64,000 nt of DNA from an uncultured Acidobacteriota bacterium (GCA_963798795.1 CAWCUZ010000001.1:1556099-1620098), one strand, 5' to 3'; shown: positions 1 through 10,582, counted from the first letter of the stretch. Made by a program: numbers and translations. Notes: generated from the sequence alone by a model not told the origin.

Positions 1-66
1 CGTCGCCATCGGTCCCCGCTCGGAAAGGACCTCGCACGCTCAGCTCGCTCGCCACCGACATCCGTC

Positions 67-180
67 ATGGCGCTCGCGGTGTCTGAACGCCGCGGCGAGC
101 TGGGCCTCCGCCTCGCCCTCGGCTCGACGCCCCTGCAGGCGATGGGACTCGTCTTGCGCCAGACGCTGATGCTCGGCGAC
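67..180 (+). pseudogene. ABC permease (FtsX/MacB-like) C-terminal remnant
   Basis: AVSERRGELGLRLALGSTPLQAMGLVLRQ matches the 'V..R..EIGIR.ALGA' motif of the other permeases here; similarity stops after about 38 codons. Confidence 0.5.
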
Positions 181-247
181 CCTCAGGTCCTAGGAACAGA
201 ATGGAGGGCCGGGTCTTCCCCGTTGAAGCGCGTCGAGAGCCGAGACC

Positions 248-1108
248 CTAGCGCCCGGAACCTGATCGTGCGCTCTTCACTTCTTCGACGATTTTCTGCG
301 CCGCCGGCAGGCTGATGTCGCAGGCCGGGTCGTTGATGCGGCACTGGGCGAGCGTGAGGTTGCAGCCGCAGGTGCAGTGCTCGGTGTTCAGCCGCTTCAG
401 GACTTCCTCCCGCTGCCCCGGCGTCAGCGCCGACAGGTCGATGCCGGGAATCTCCGTGGCGTAGGCCGCATTGGCGAGCAGCACCTGGCCGGTGTCCTTG
501 ACCACCTCGACGTGCGCGTGCGCGGAGAGACCAGCCAGCACGCGCACCTCCTGCTCGGTGGGCGACGGCAGGAGCATCCCTACGTGCCGCTGCACGATCG
601 CGCCGTCGGCGTTGACGACGAAGGTCGACGGGACTGCGGGGATGCCACCGAACGCCTGCTGCAGCTCGGCGCTGGCGATCGCGATCGGATAGTTGACGTG
701 ATAGCTCGCCGCGAACGCCGCGACGTCGTCCGGCGCGCGCGTGTCGATCGACAGGCCGAGGATCTGGATCTGGTCGCGGTAGCGGTCCTGCAGTGCGACG
801 AGCGTCGGGATTTCTTCACGGCACGGCCCGCACCACGTCGCCCAGAAGTTCACGAGCAGGATCTTGCCGTGCCAGCTCGCCGGGTCGATCGGCGTGCCGT
901 CGAGCGTCTTCAACGACAACGCGGGCAGCGGCACCGGTTTGTCCGACACCGCGACGGTCACTTCGTCAGTCGCCGGCCACAACACCGCCGGCCCGTCCCC
1001 CGCGGTCGCGCCCACGTCGTCTCGTCCCGCGCGCAGCACCACGGCGATGCCGAGCGCGAGGACCGCCAGCACGATGGCGAGCAGCAGGCCGGAGCGCTTA
1101 GGAATCAT
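248..1108 (-). CDS. TlpA/ResA-like thiol-disulfide oxidoreductase with C-terminal Cys-rich domain
   Basis: N-terminal TM; LVNFWATWCGPCREE thioredoxin motif; C-terminal CTCGC..C..C. Confidence 0.85.
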   Translation of the reverse strand: MIPKRSGLLLAIVLAVLALGIAVVLRAGRDDVGATAGDGPAVLWPATDEVTVAVSDKPVPLPALSLKTLDGTPIDPASWHGKILLVNFWATWCGPCREEIPTLVALQDRYRDQIQILGLSIDTRAPDDVAAFAASYHVNYPIAIASAELQQAFGGIPAVPSTFVVNADGAIVQRHVGMLLPSPTEQEVRVLAGLSAHAHVEVVKDTGQVLLANAAYATEIPGIDLSALTPGQREEVLKRLNTEHCTCGCNLTLAQCRINDPACDISLPAAQKIVEEVKSARSGSGR

Positions 1109-1120
1109 CGGATGTCGTGT

Positions 1121-1150
1121 CCCCTGGCCTGAAGACCCGGGGCTCCATCA
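1121..1150. repeat. REP-like hairpin (CTGAAG-loop family)
   Basis: cctggcctgaagacccggggctccatca resembles the second half of the 76-bp unit at 28456. Confidence 0.55.
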
Positions 1151-1152
1151 CG

Positions 1153-1199
1153 CAAATCTCCAAATCTCCAAATCTCCAAATCCCAAATCTCCAAATCCC
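1153..1199. repeat. Octamer tandem repeat (AAATCTCC)n
   Basis: About 6 imperfect copies directly after the S9 peptidase stop codon. Confidence 0.9.
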
Positions 1200-1200
1200 G

Positions 1201-3419
1201 TCACTTGACGCTCAGTCGTTCCGGTCGCATGACGAGATTCTCGATGAAGAACTCCATCATGCGCGCGTTGTTGACGCCGCTGTGGCCCATGTCGGGCCCG
1301 ACCTGCACCTCGAAGCTCTTGCCCGCCCGCTGCAGCGCCTGGATGAGCTGCATCGAGTTGCTCGGGTGCACGTTGTTGTCGGCCGTCCCGTAGTAGAGCA
1401 GCAGCCGGCCCGCGCAGGTTGTCCGCGTAGGTCATGGCGCTGCCCGCGTCGTAGCCTTCCTTGTTCTCCTGCGGGATCCACATGTACCGCTCGGTGTAGA
1501 TCGTGTCGTAGTTGCGCCAGTCGGTCGGCGGCGACGACGCCGACGCGGCGGCGAAGACGTCCGGATGCCGCAGCGATCTCCATCGCCGACGGTGTAGCCG
1601 CCGTACGACGTGCCCGTAGATGCCGACGCGCGCCTTGTCGACGTACGGCCGGTTCCACAGCGCCTTGATGCCCTCGGCCATGTCGTCCATCTCCGTCTGG
1701 CCGAGCTTGAGATAGATCGCGTCGAGCGTCGCGCCCCATCCCGGGCGCCGCGCGCGAGCCGAGGTTCACGATCAGGAACCCGTACTCGGCGGTCGGGTTC
1801 GGATGCTGAACGTCTCCGTCGGCACGTTGCTGCCCGACGCCGGCCCGCCGTAGACCGGCACGAGCATCGGATACTTCTTCGACGGATCGAAGTTCGACGG
1901 AAAACTCGATCTGCCCGTACAAGCGTCGTCCTGCCGTCGGCGGCGAGATAGGTGAACTGCTCGGCCTTCCGCAACCCCAGCGCGCTCGAACTGGGTCAGG
2001 TCGCTCTTCGCCAGCTCGGCGACCACCTGGCCCGTCGCGTCCATCGACGCCGCGAGGCTGGGCGGCATGTCGTGCGTCTGGTACGACGTCAGAACGTGCT
2101 GGCCGTCGGGCGCCAGCGGACACCGCGTGCGTGAACCGTCGGATCGGTCAGCCGCACGTCGCCCGTGCCGTCGAGCCCCACGCGGTGCAACTGCAGCTTC
2201 ATGAAGTTGTCGCCGTCGCGCGCCATGTAGAACATCACGCTGGCGTCCTCGTCCACCTTGACGATGCCGGCCGACCTCGAACGTGGTGTTGCTGGTGATC
2301 GGATTGATCAGCCTGCCGGTCAGATCGTAGAGGTAGTAGTTCGTCCAGCCGTTGCGGTCCGACTCCCAGATGAAGCGGTTGCTGTCGGCGAGGAGCCGCA
2401 TCTGCGGCTGGTTGTCGACCCAGCCGGTCGGCCAGCTCTCGCGCACGACGACGCGGCACTTCGCCGTCGACGGGCTGCACGCGACGAATTCCATGATCTG
2501 CTGCCGCCGGTTGGTGCGGTTCATGAGCAGCTCGTCCGCCGTCCGGCGACCAGCGCACGTCGTAGACGTAGTGCCCGACGACGTCGTTGGTGAAGGGCTT
2601 GCCGTCGCGAACGTCGAGCTTCGTCGTCTGCTTCGTGGCGACGTCGTAGACGAGGACGTCCGCGATCGGATTCGGCGTGCCCGGCTTGGGATACGCCTCG
2701 ACGTCGAGCGAGTCCTGGATTTCCGTCTGGTCCGTCTGCAGGAAGTAGTCGTGCACCTGGCTCTCGTCGAAGCGGTAGAAGGCGACCTGCTGCCGTCGGG
2801 CGACCACCACATCGCCGTGGTCTGGCCGAGCTCCTCGCCGTACACCCAGCTCCCGACGCCGTACTTCGATGCGGTCCTTCTCGCTGCCGTCGGTCGTGAT
2901 GGCGACCTCGCCGCTGCCGTCGGCATTGCTCAGATACAGGTTGCGGTCGCGGTAGTACGCCTTCATCTTGCCGTCCGGCGACGGCGCGCAGGCGCTCTGC
3001 CGGCCGCGCTCGACCTGCTGCTGCCCGCACGGATTCGGCGTGCCGTCCGGCAGCGTCTGCCCGCGTCCGCCGCGGCCCCCGCGTCCGCCGAACGCCTGGC
3101 CGCCGCCGCGGCCGAACCCGCGTCCGGCCGGCCCGGTCGGGGCGTCGCCCGTGACCGTCGCCGTCCCGCTCGCCACGTCGAACCGGTAGGCCTTGCCGCC
3201 CGTCGCATAACTGAAGCTCTGGCCGTCGTCGTCCCACTGCGCGTTGATCGCGCCGGACACGACGACGCCCTGCAACTTGGGCTGCATCTCGACGAAGTGG
3301 CTGTAGCCGGGCATCCCGGCCAGCCGATCCTGCGCCCCCACCGAGGCAAAACCCAGCACCGACGCCGCGGCAACGGCCGCCCCCACTCCCCAACGATTCG
3401 ACCGACTCGGCCTGAACAT
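1201..3419 (-). CDS. S9 family dipeptidyl-peptidase IV-like serine peptidase (multiple frameshifts)
   Basis: Signal peptide; DPP IV propeller segments (WVYGEEL, WWSPDG, YPKPGTPNP), VYGGP, nucleophile GTSYGGY, GTADNNVH and GH spread over several frames; stop at 1201-1203. Confidence 0.85.
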
Positions 3420-3469
3420 GACGTCGCTCCCCTATCGAGGAAGGATACACGACGCGTCCGATCCCCGGC

Positions 3470-3540
3470 GGATTTGGGATTTCGGGATTTGGCGATTTGG
3501 AGATTTGGAGATTTGGAGATTTGGGGAGATTTGAGGATTT
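3470..3540. repeat. Octamer tandem repeat (GGAGATTT)n
   Basis: About 8 imperfect copies; reverse complement of the 1153-1199 array. Confidence 0.9.
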
Positions 3541-3566
3541 ATACCTGCAGTGATACATTTGCGGTC

Positions 3567-3893
3567 GTGCCCGCCCCGCTGCCGCCGCACTGGTTCCAGA
3601 TCCTGCTGGCCCTGGCCGACGAGGACCGGCACGGGCTGGCCATCATGAACGCGGTCCTCGACGAGACCGGCGGCCAGATGCGGCTCTGGCCGGGGATGCT
3701 CTACCGCAACCTCAAGCGGCTGGCCGACGAAGGGCTCATCGTCGAGGTCCCGGGGCCGCCGGAGCCGTCGGCCGGCAGCCCGCGGTACTTCCGGATCACC
3801 CCGGCCGGGCGCCGGGCGTGCGGCGAGGAAGCGCGGCGGCTGGCGGGGTTCGTCGAAACGGCCCGCGTCAAACGTCTCATCAAGAAGACCTGA
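3567..3893 (+). CDS. PadR family transcriptional regulator
   Basis: ILLALADEDRHGLAIM...PGMLYRNLKRL..EGLI...RYFRITPAGR; GTG start; directly upstream of a permease. Confidence 0.9.
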   Translation: MPAPLPPHWFQILLALADEDRHGLAIMNAVLDETGGQMRLWPGMLYRNLKRLADEGLIVEVPGPPEPSAGSPRYFRITPAGRRACGEEARRLAGFVETARVKRLIKKT

Positions 3894-3897
3894 CCTG

Positions 3898-6639
3898 ATG
3901 TCCGGCCGCCTGCGATTCGGAGATCGCCTGCTCGTGCGCCTGTACCCGCGCGAACTGCGCGAGGCGGCCGGCTGGGAGCTGGCGCGCGCGGCGCGCCAGT
4001 GCGTCGACCGCGAACGCCGGATCGGTGGAAGGGCCGGCGCGGCCCTGGCGCGCGTCCGGCTGATCGCCGACGCCGTCGCCACGGCGTTCGCCTGGCACGC
4101 ACCCCGGCTGTTCGACCGCACGCGTCACTACCGTTCCACGACCGAACCACCGCCGGCTCCGCGCCGCACGCGACCCGAGGCGTTCATGGACAACCTGCGC
4201 AAGGACCTCGTCTACACCCTGCGCGCGATCCGCCGGCAGCCCGGCTTCGCGCTCGTCGTCATCCTCATTCTCGCCCTCGGCATCGGCGCCAACACGGCCG
4301 TGTTCAGCGTGCTCAACGGCGTCGTGCTCAAGCCGCTGCCCTATCCCGAGCCCGAGCGGCTCGAGCTGGTCACGACGCAGTTCCCGACGATCGGGTTCGA
4401 CCAGTTCTGGATGTCGCTGCCCGAGTTCGTCGAGTTCCGCGACCACAACCACGCGTTCGCGTCGGTCGGCGGCTACCGTGAAGGCACGGTCAACCTGATG
4501 GGGAGCGAGCAGCCGTCCCGCGCCGTCAGCGCGGTGGTGACGCCCGAGCTGATGCCGACGCTCGGCGTCCGTCCCGCGGCCGGCCGCTGGTTCACCGAGG
4601 CCGACTCGCTGCCCAATGCCGAACCGGTCGCGATCCTGTCGACGGAGCTCTGGCAGCGCACGTTCGGCAGCGACCCCGGCGTCGTCGGCCGCGTCGTCAA
4701 GGTGGACGACGCCGACACGCGCATCGTCGGCATCATGCCGCCGGGGTTCGACGTCCATGACGCGAACGTCAGGATCTGGCTGCCGCTGACGATCGATCCG
4801 TCCACGTTCCCGAATTCGCGCAGCAGTCATTTCCTCTATCTCATCGGCCGGCTGAAGCCGGGTGTCGACATCGAACAGGCCCGGTCCGACGCCGACACCC
4901 TGGTGCAGCAGTGGCGGACGTTCGCGCCGACGGGGCACATCCCGGATCCCGAGCGCCACCGGCTCCGCATCGATCCGCTCAAGGAGGACATGATCGGCGG
5001 CGTCCGGCTCACGCTCATGGTGCTGCAGGCCGCGGTGGCCTTCGTGCTGCTCATCGCGTGCGTGAACCTGGCGAACCTGCTCATCGCGCGCGCCGACGCG
5101 CGCATGCGCGAGTACGCCGTCCGCACGGCGCTCGGCGCCTCGCGCCGCCGGGTCTTCATGCAGCTCGTCACCGAGGGCGTCGTCCTGTCGCTGGCCGGGG
5201 CGGCCGCCGGCGTCGGGCTGGCGTGGGGCGGGCTGCAGTGGCTGGTGTCCGTGAATGCCGACGCGATCCCGCGCCTGGCCGACGTCACCCTCGACTGGCG
5301 GGTGCTCGGCTTCACGCTGCTGATTGCCGTGCTGACCGGCTTCGTCTTCGGTCTCGTGCCATTGTTGCGCCTCGGCCGCGGCATCAGCCAGTCGCTGCGC
5401 GACACCGGCACGCGGTCGGCCGCGGGCGCCGTGCGCGCGCGCGTGCGGTCGGCGCTCGTCGTCGTCGAGACCGCCATGGCCGTTCTGCTCGTCGTCGGGG
5501 CCGGCCTGCTGCTGCGCAGCTTCTTCAACCTCACGCACCAGGACCTCGGCTTCGATCGGGCGCAGCTCACGACGTTCGGCATCGAGCTGCCCGGCCGCTA
5601 CGACGCACAGCACCGCGTTGCGTTCTACCAGGACCTCACGACGAAGCTGAACGCGCTGCCCGGGGTGACGTCGGCCGCGGCGATGTCGGGCCTGCCGCCG
5701 CTCAGGAACGTCAACGCGAACACCACCGATTTCGAGCACATTCCCAACATGCGCCCGGCGGGCAGCCTGCCGGTTGAAAACGTCGACTTCTGGCAGGGCG
5801 TCACGGTCGGCTACGTCGACACGATGGGGATTCCGGTCGTCGAAGGGCGCGCGTTCGAGCCGGCGGACGTCGGCGGCGCGCCGGTGGCGATGGTCAACGA
5901 GGCGCTGGCGAAGAAGTTCTTCGAGGGGCGGGACCCGGTTGGCGGGCACGTCAAGCCCGGCTACGGCAACGACGAGCTCCCCTGGTTCACGATCGTGGGC
6001 GTGCTGAAGGACGTGAAACAGGGCGGCGTCGCCGCGGCGGCGGGCACGGAACTGTACCTGCTCGACGAACAGCTTCCACGCACGGTCGGGTTCGCCTACG
6101 GCTCGATGAATCTCGTCGTCCGGTCGACGCGCCCGCTCGACGAGCTGGCGCCGGAGTTCCGCGCCGCCGTCGCCGCGATCGACCCCACGCTGCCGCTCGA
6201 CGACCTGCGGTCGATGGACGAGGTGATCGGGGACGCCGTGGCGCGGCCGCACTTCCTCGCGCTGTTGACGGGACTGTTCGCGGGCCTCGCGCTCGTGCTC
6301 GCGGCGGTCGGCACCTACGGCATCCTGGCGTATCTGGTCGCCGAACGGCGCCAGGAGATCGGCATCCGCATGGCGCTGGGCGCCGATCGCGGGTCCATTC
6401 TCCGGCTGGTCCTCGTGCGCGGGCTGCTGCTCTCGGGCCTCGGCCTGGTCATCGGCCTGGCCGGCTCGGCCGCGCTTACGCGCACGCTCAGCAGCCTGCT
6501 CTTCAACGTCACGCCGACCGACCCGGCCACGCTGGCGGCCGTGGCGGGCGTGATCGCGCTGGTGGCCATGGCGGCGTGTCTGCTGCCGGCCTGGCGGGCA
6601 GCACGAGTGGATCCGCTGGTGGTGCTCAGGGATACGTAG
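3898..6639 (+). CDS. Duplicated MacB/FtsX ABC permease (ADOP type)
   Basis: LALGIGANTAVFS, LLIACVNLANL, RRQEIGIRMALGA, terminal RVDPLVVLR; two periplasmic plus FtsX repeats. Confidence 0.92.
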   Translation: MSGRLRFGDRLLVRLYPRELREAAGWELARAARQCVDRERRIGGRAGAALARVRLIADAVATAFAWHAPRLFDRTRHYRSTTEPPPAPRRTRPEAFMDNLRKDLVYTLRAIRRQPGFALVVILILALGIGANTAVFSVLNGVVLKPLPYPEPERLELVTTQFPTIGFDQFWMSLPEFVEFRDHNHAFASVGGYREGTVNLMGSEQPSRAVSAVVTPELMPTLGVRPAAGRWFTEADSLPNAEPVAILSTELWQRTFGSDPGVVGRVVKVDDADTRIVGIMPPGFDVHDANVRIWLPLTIDPSTFPNSRSSHFLYLIGRLKPGVDIEQARSDADTLVQQWRTFAPTGHIPDPERHRLRIDPLKEDMIGGVRLTLMVLQAAVAFVLLIACVNLANLLIARADARMREYAVRTALGASRRRVFMQLVTEGVVLSLAGAAAGVGLAWGGLQWLVSVNADAIPRLADVTLDWRVLGFTLLIAVLTGFVFGLVPLLRLGRGISQSLRDTGTRSAAGAVRARVRSALVVVETAMAVLLVVGAGLLLRSFFNLTHQDLGFDRAQLTTFGIELPGRYDAQHRVAFYQDLTTKLNALPGVTSAAAMSGLPPLRNVNANTTDFEHIPNMRPAGSLPVENVDFWQGVTVGYVDTMGIPVVEGRAFEPADVGGAPVAMVNEALAKKFFEGRDPVGGHVKPGYGNDELPWFTIVGVLKDVKQGGVAAAAGTELYLLDEQLPRTVGFAYGSMNLVVRSTRPLDELAPEFRAAVAAIDPTLPLDDLRSMDEVIGDAVARPHFLALLTGLFAGLALVLAAVGTYGILAYLVAERRQEIGIRMALGADRGSILRLVLVRGLLLSGLGLVIGLAGSAALTRTLSSLLFNVTPTDPATLAAVAGVIALVAMAACLLPAWRAARVDPLVVLRDT

Positions 6640-6743
6640 GCGCGACTGGGCACCTCGAGCTGCGCGTGGGTGCTCCCCGCAGGAATCAGGGTCGTCGCCA
6701 AACCGGCGTCCCACTGCCAGAGAAACACCTGGGCCGGCGCGCG

Positions 6744-6819
6744 GGCGGTGGATTGGACCCGTGATGCAGAGCCTTCAGAACGAGCACGGCGCAGGTCGCC
6801 AGAATCGCCAGCGTCGTGA
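6744..6819 (-). pseudogene. 5' fragment of a dsbA paralog
   Basis: 76 bp aligning with 10464-10539 (about 66/76 identical by eye); encodes TTLAILATCAVLVLKALHHGSNPP. Confidence 0.8.
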
Positions 6820-6879
6820 GACGCTTTGACCGTGCCGGGCGAAGTCACACCTGGCAGCCTCCGCTTTGCCGGCATCGAT

Positions 6880-9207
6880 TCACTCCATCCGCAGCGCGAT
6901 TGCGGGCGCAATGCGCGTGGCGCGCCAGCCGGAAGCAATGGCTGTCAGGGTCATTGTGGCGAGCACAACGCCACCTGAGAGGGTCGCCGTCGCCCAGTCA
7001 CCGGGCACGATCCCGAAGATCAGGCCCGAGAGGCCTTTTGAAAGCCACCGACCGACGAGCAGTCCGACGAGGCCGCCACCGCACGCTGCTACGCAGGTCT
7101 CGCCCGCCACCAGCGCGAGCACATGCGGTCGTCTGGCGCCCGCGACCAACCGAATAGCAATCTCGCGTCTTCGCCGTGCCACGTTGAATGTAACCATCAT
7201 TACCAGACCCGCCAACGAGACACACATTCCAACTACGGCAAACCCGGTCAGCATCACCGTGCCAAAGGTGCGTTGCCGCACCGTCTGCAGCAGCCGCTGG
7301 CCCAGGGTTTCCACATCGACAACACGGGCGTCTCGATCCAGGCGGTTGAGCGCGGCACCGATACGGTCACGCACTGCGTGCACTCCGCGTGCGGCACCAT
7401 CGCTCCGAACGATGAAGACGGCACGGAAGACGAACCGCGGGAGTGACATGCTGAAGAGTGTCGGACGATGGCCGTTGGCCAGTCCATGGTCCAGCGCGTC
7501 ACGCACAACGCCGACGATACGGCCTCGAGACGGCCCCACCTGCAACGGATAACCGACGGCGGCTTGGCCACCCAAATATCGCTCGACGAATGCCTGATTC
7601 ACGACGAAGCCACGGTCCGGCACGTCGGCGTCGCCGAGAAAACGCCCCGCAACCAGCGACATTCCGGTGGCCTCGAAGAACCCTGGGGCCACCATTGTAT
7701 GGTCCACGAGAAGATGCCGCCCATCGACCACGGCTGCCGAACGCGAAACCGCACCGTCGGCCAACGGGCCGGTCGTGGCGGACACTGAGCGCACGCCAGG
7801 AACGCGCCGCAAGGCCTCGAGAAACGGCGCCAGGTCACGGGGACGCGGATCGACGGCTCCCGCCATTGTGAAATCCACGGTCGCAGCCAGCGCGTTTGGG
7901 TCGTAGCCCGACTCCTGCGCCGTGAGAATGGAGTACGATCGAACGACCATTCCTGCGGCAACCGCAAGCACCAGTGTCAGGGCGGCTTGGGCGGCTGCCA
8001 GCGCGGCGCGAGCAACTGCCAGCCTGCGCGGTGAGCGTCTGCCCGGTGCCACCCGCCCTTCCCACCGCGCCGCTGCCGCCGCCGCCACCGCTGCGGCCAG
8101 GCTAACCGTCACGACGATGCCCGCACCAAACAGCACACCGTCCACCGTGATGTAGGGGACCCCGAACCGAAGGTACGCAGTGGGAATCGTCCTTACTACG
8201 ACCGTCGCTGTGAGGCACGATAAGACCGAACCGGCGAACCCGGCAGCCGCCAGCAGCAGGAACGCCTCGCACCACCAGAGTCTGGCAATCTCGACCGGGC
8301 TGGCGCCGAGCGCCTCGCGCGTCGCCGTCTCGCCGGCACATCGCAGTCCGCGCGCGATCATGAGGTTCGTCACGAACCCGAGGCACACGACTAGAAGCAG
8401 CACAGCGCTGCCGAACGCGCCAAGAGCCAACGGGCGGAGGTCGCGCGTCATCACATCCGCCAGCCGCTCGATTCGCACGGGAACAGGGGGGCCCGGGCGG
8501 TCCGCAGGCGACAGTGCGGCACGAGCCGCCTCGATCGAGACTCCAGGCACCAGCCTGGCGAATACCCGCGATGCCACCAGGTAGTCTGACGTGCCCTCGC
8601 GACGGAGCAGCGGGACCGGCTGTGCGACGATCAGCCCGTCGATGGCTGCCATCCAGGTCGGATCGGGAAACACGAAAGATGCGGGTAGCACACCGGCAAT
8701 GCGCACCTCTCGATCGTCACGGGTGACGAGGGACGCGCCTGGCGCGCGCAAGTGGTCTGGAAGCAGGGCGCTGCCGCTTGCCGTGAGGAACAGCCAGGTT
8801 GCGCCGTCTGTCTGCATGGCAGCGAGGTCAGGCGCAAGACCCGCCGGCTGCAGAACCTGCAGAAAGCTGGGCGTGACTTCGAACGTACGGAGAGGCAGGG
8901 TTTGATCCGGCAGCGTCAGCAGGAGCGTCCGGTTCCCCTGCACGGCGGCCACACTGCTGAATACTGACGTCCTGGCTTGCCAGGACTCGAGCGACGGCCC
9001 CAGTTGTGCGGTCGCCAGTCGATCAATCCCGATCCGCACCAACTCGCCGGGTCGCGTGAAGGGCAGCGTCTTCAGCACATACGGCTCGGTCAGCGAAAAC
9101 ACGAACATGGCGCACCCGAGCCCGGCGGCTAGAGTGGCCACGATGGCAGATGAGGACCGCGGTTCCCGCGCGATCCTGCGCCAGGCAGACCTCAGATCCG
9201 ATCGCAA
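6880..9207 (-). CDS. Divergent duplicated ABC permease (ADOP-like)
   Basis: DLRSAWRRI, ETATREALGAS, RRREIAIRLVAGA, terminal RIAPAIALR; TTG start uncertain. Confidence 0.8.
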   Translation of the reverse strand: MRSDLRSAWRRIAREPRSSSAIVATLAAGLGCAMFVFSLTEPYVLKTLPFTRPGELVRIGIDRLATAQLGPSLESWQARTSVFSSVAAVQGNRTLLLTLPDQTLPLRTFEVTPSFLQVLQPAGLAPDLAAMQTDGATWLFLTASGSALLPDHLRAPGASLVTRDDREVRIAGVLPASFVFPDPTWMAAIDGLIVAQPVPLLRREGTSDYLVASRVFARLVPGVSIEAARAALSPADRPGPPVPVRIERLADVMTRDLRPLALGAFGSAVLLLVVCLGFVTNLMIARGLRCAGETATREALGASPVEIARLWWCEAFLLLAAAGFAGSVLSCLTATVVVRTIPTAYLRFGVPYITVDGVLFGAGIVVTVSLAAAVAAAAAARWEGRVAPGRRSPRRLAVARAALAAAQAALTLVLAVAAGMVVRSYSILTAQESGYDPNALAATVDFTMAGAVDPRPRDLAPFLEALRRVPGVRSVSATTGPLADGAVSRSAAVVDGRHLLVDHTMVAPGFFEATGMSLVAGRFLGDADVPDRGFVVNQAFVERYLGGQAAVGYPLQVGPSRGRIVGVVRDALDHGLANGHRPTLFSMSLPRFVFRAVFIVRSDGAARGVHAVRDRIGAALNRLDRDARVVDVETLGQRLLQTVRQRTFGTVMLTGFAVVGMCVSLAGLVMMVTFNVARRRREIAIRLVAGARRPHVLALVAGETCVAACGGGLVGLLVGRWLSKGLSGLIFGIVPGDWATATLSGGVVLATMTLTAIASGWRATRIAPAIALRME

Positions 9208-9360
9208 CCCTCAAACCTCCGGGGAGACGCTACATCCTGCTGCCGGCCGTCAGCAAGGTCAGCGCCGACCGGTTCCCGGCGCGGCCAACGCACCGGCCCA
9301 GGGTTCCGCGCATACCGCCCGGCGCGAGCGGGTTCGGCCCGGGCCAGCTTCTCGGCACAG

Positions 9361-9654
9361 TCAGACGGGATCGTCGTTGCAGTCACAGTACCCTATCGTC
9401 GGCGTTCCGCCCTGTTCTGGATCACAGTAGTACCTGCGCACGTACCGCCAATCCCCCATGCCAAGTGGATCGCACTCCCAACCGCAGTACGCCTCTTGAA
9501 AAGAACACTCACTGTCGCAGTTGACCCAATAGAAATCTGGGTAGACTCCGCTCCAGCAGGTTTCCTCACGTGTCGCCATTCCCGCCTTTGGGCCTGGCTG
9601 CCAATAGAGCAGCGCGACCAATATGCAGAATGTGACGTTTCGAATGGTTCTCAT
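9361..9654 (-). CDS. Secreted acidic Cys-rich peptide 1 (8 Cys in mature part)
   Basis: AGGAG RBS; signal MRTIRNVTFCILVALLYW; CxxxC and terminal CxC. Confidence 0.75.
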   Translation of the reverse strand: MRTIRNVTFCILVALLYWQPGPKAGMATREETCWSGVYPDFYWVNCDSECSFQEAYCGWECDPLGMGDWRYVRRYYCDPEQGGTPTIGYCDCNDDPV

Positions 9655-9772
9655 CGCTCATCTCCTATCGATCTCATGACGGAGGCATCTGGAGGATCAA
9701 CCACTGACCCATCCCCGCCTTCATGTCCATCCTCTGCCTCAGCACCGGGCGCTTGCGGCACAACCACGTTCG

Positions 9773-10582
9773 CTATTGCGCAACGGCTGATGGCGCCCTT
9801 CGACTCCGCCTGCGCAATGCGGCTGTCACTGTTCCTGCTAGCATTCCTGCCAGAATCACTCCTGAAGCCAGCATCAAGCCGAGCCTGATACGCCTCGTCG
9901 GAGTCGCCGCGTTCTCGACCGCGGTCGCGAAGTCCCCAGCAGGTCTCGCACCATTGAGAATCGCGCGGGCTTTCATGCGCCCGTCCGCCTCCACGGTTCC
10001 GACGAGGAACGTCGGCGTGCTCGTCAGCCGGAGCGACGCCGCGAGCGCGGCATCCTGTTTGATCGCGGCGTCGGATCCGGCCAGGCACGCCGCGAACGGG
10101 CGTTCATCCAGGCCGATCGTGCGTGCGCGCACGGTGAGGCTTGTGTCATCCAGATGCGCCTGGCCTCCGAACAGCGCGTCGTGCATCTCCCAGAACCTGC
10201 CCTGCTCTCCGGCGCACGCGGCGGCTTTGGCCGCCGGCATCGCGCGCGGGTGCAGCTTCTCCAGCGGCAGGTGACGGAACACCAGGAACGCCTGACCGGT
10301 GCGAATGTAGTTCGCCTCCAACGCAGGCAGCGTGTCGCGCACGAAGCGCGCGCAGAACGGACACTGGAAGTCGGAGAACTCGATGATGGCCACCGGCGCG
10401 TTGGGATCGCCCTTGATGGGGGCGTCCGAGATGTCGATCGGCTCGGTCGGGACTGCCGGCGTTGGCGGTGGATTGGGACCGTGATGTAGAGCCTTCAGGA
10501 CGAGCACAGCACAGGTCGCGAGAATGACCAGCGTGGTGATCAGATCCAGCGCGAACCGAACCCGGGGAGAATTGAACGCCAT
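9773..10582 (-). CDS. DsbA family oxidoreductase, membrane anchored
   Basis: KGDPNAPVAIIEFSDFQCPFC, HLPL..LHP.A..AA, cis-Pro loop STPTF; N- and C-terminal TM segments. Confidence 0.92.
   Translation of the reverse strand: MAFNSPRVRFALDLITTLVILATCAVLVLKALHHGPNPPPTPAVPTEPIDISDAPIKGDPNAPVAIIEFSDFQCPFCARFVRDTLPALEANYIRTGQAFLVFRHLPLEKLHPRAMPAAKAAACAGEQGRFWEMHDALFGGQAHLDDTSLTVRARTIGLDERPFAACLAGSDAAIKQDAALAASLRLTSTPTFLVGTVEADGRMKARAILNGARPAGDFATAVENAATPTRRIRLGLMLASGVILAGMLAGTVTAALRRRSRRAPSAVAQ

Noticed and set aside
1201-3419. True pseudogene or programmed frameshifting in the S9 peptidase (also pntA, M56, ADOP 51741)
   Set aside because: Scattered single-base indels with intact catalytic motifs, including compensating shifts in pntA, point to read or assembly error; cannot be settled without reads
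3880-6714. Long antisense ORFs (also 61357-63633, 26947-28533, 43346-45322)
   Set aside because: Arg/Gly-rich shadows opposite well-supported genes
9361-9654. RiPP (ranthipeptide or lanthipeptide) precursor
   Set aside because: Sec-type signal peptide, even Cys count and adjacent DsbA favour disulfides; no modifying enzyme is adjacent and the radical SAM is 30 kb away
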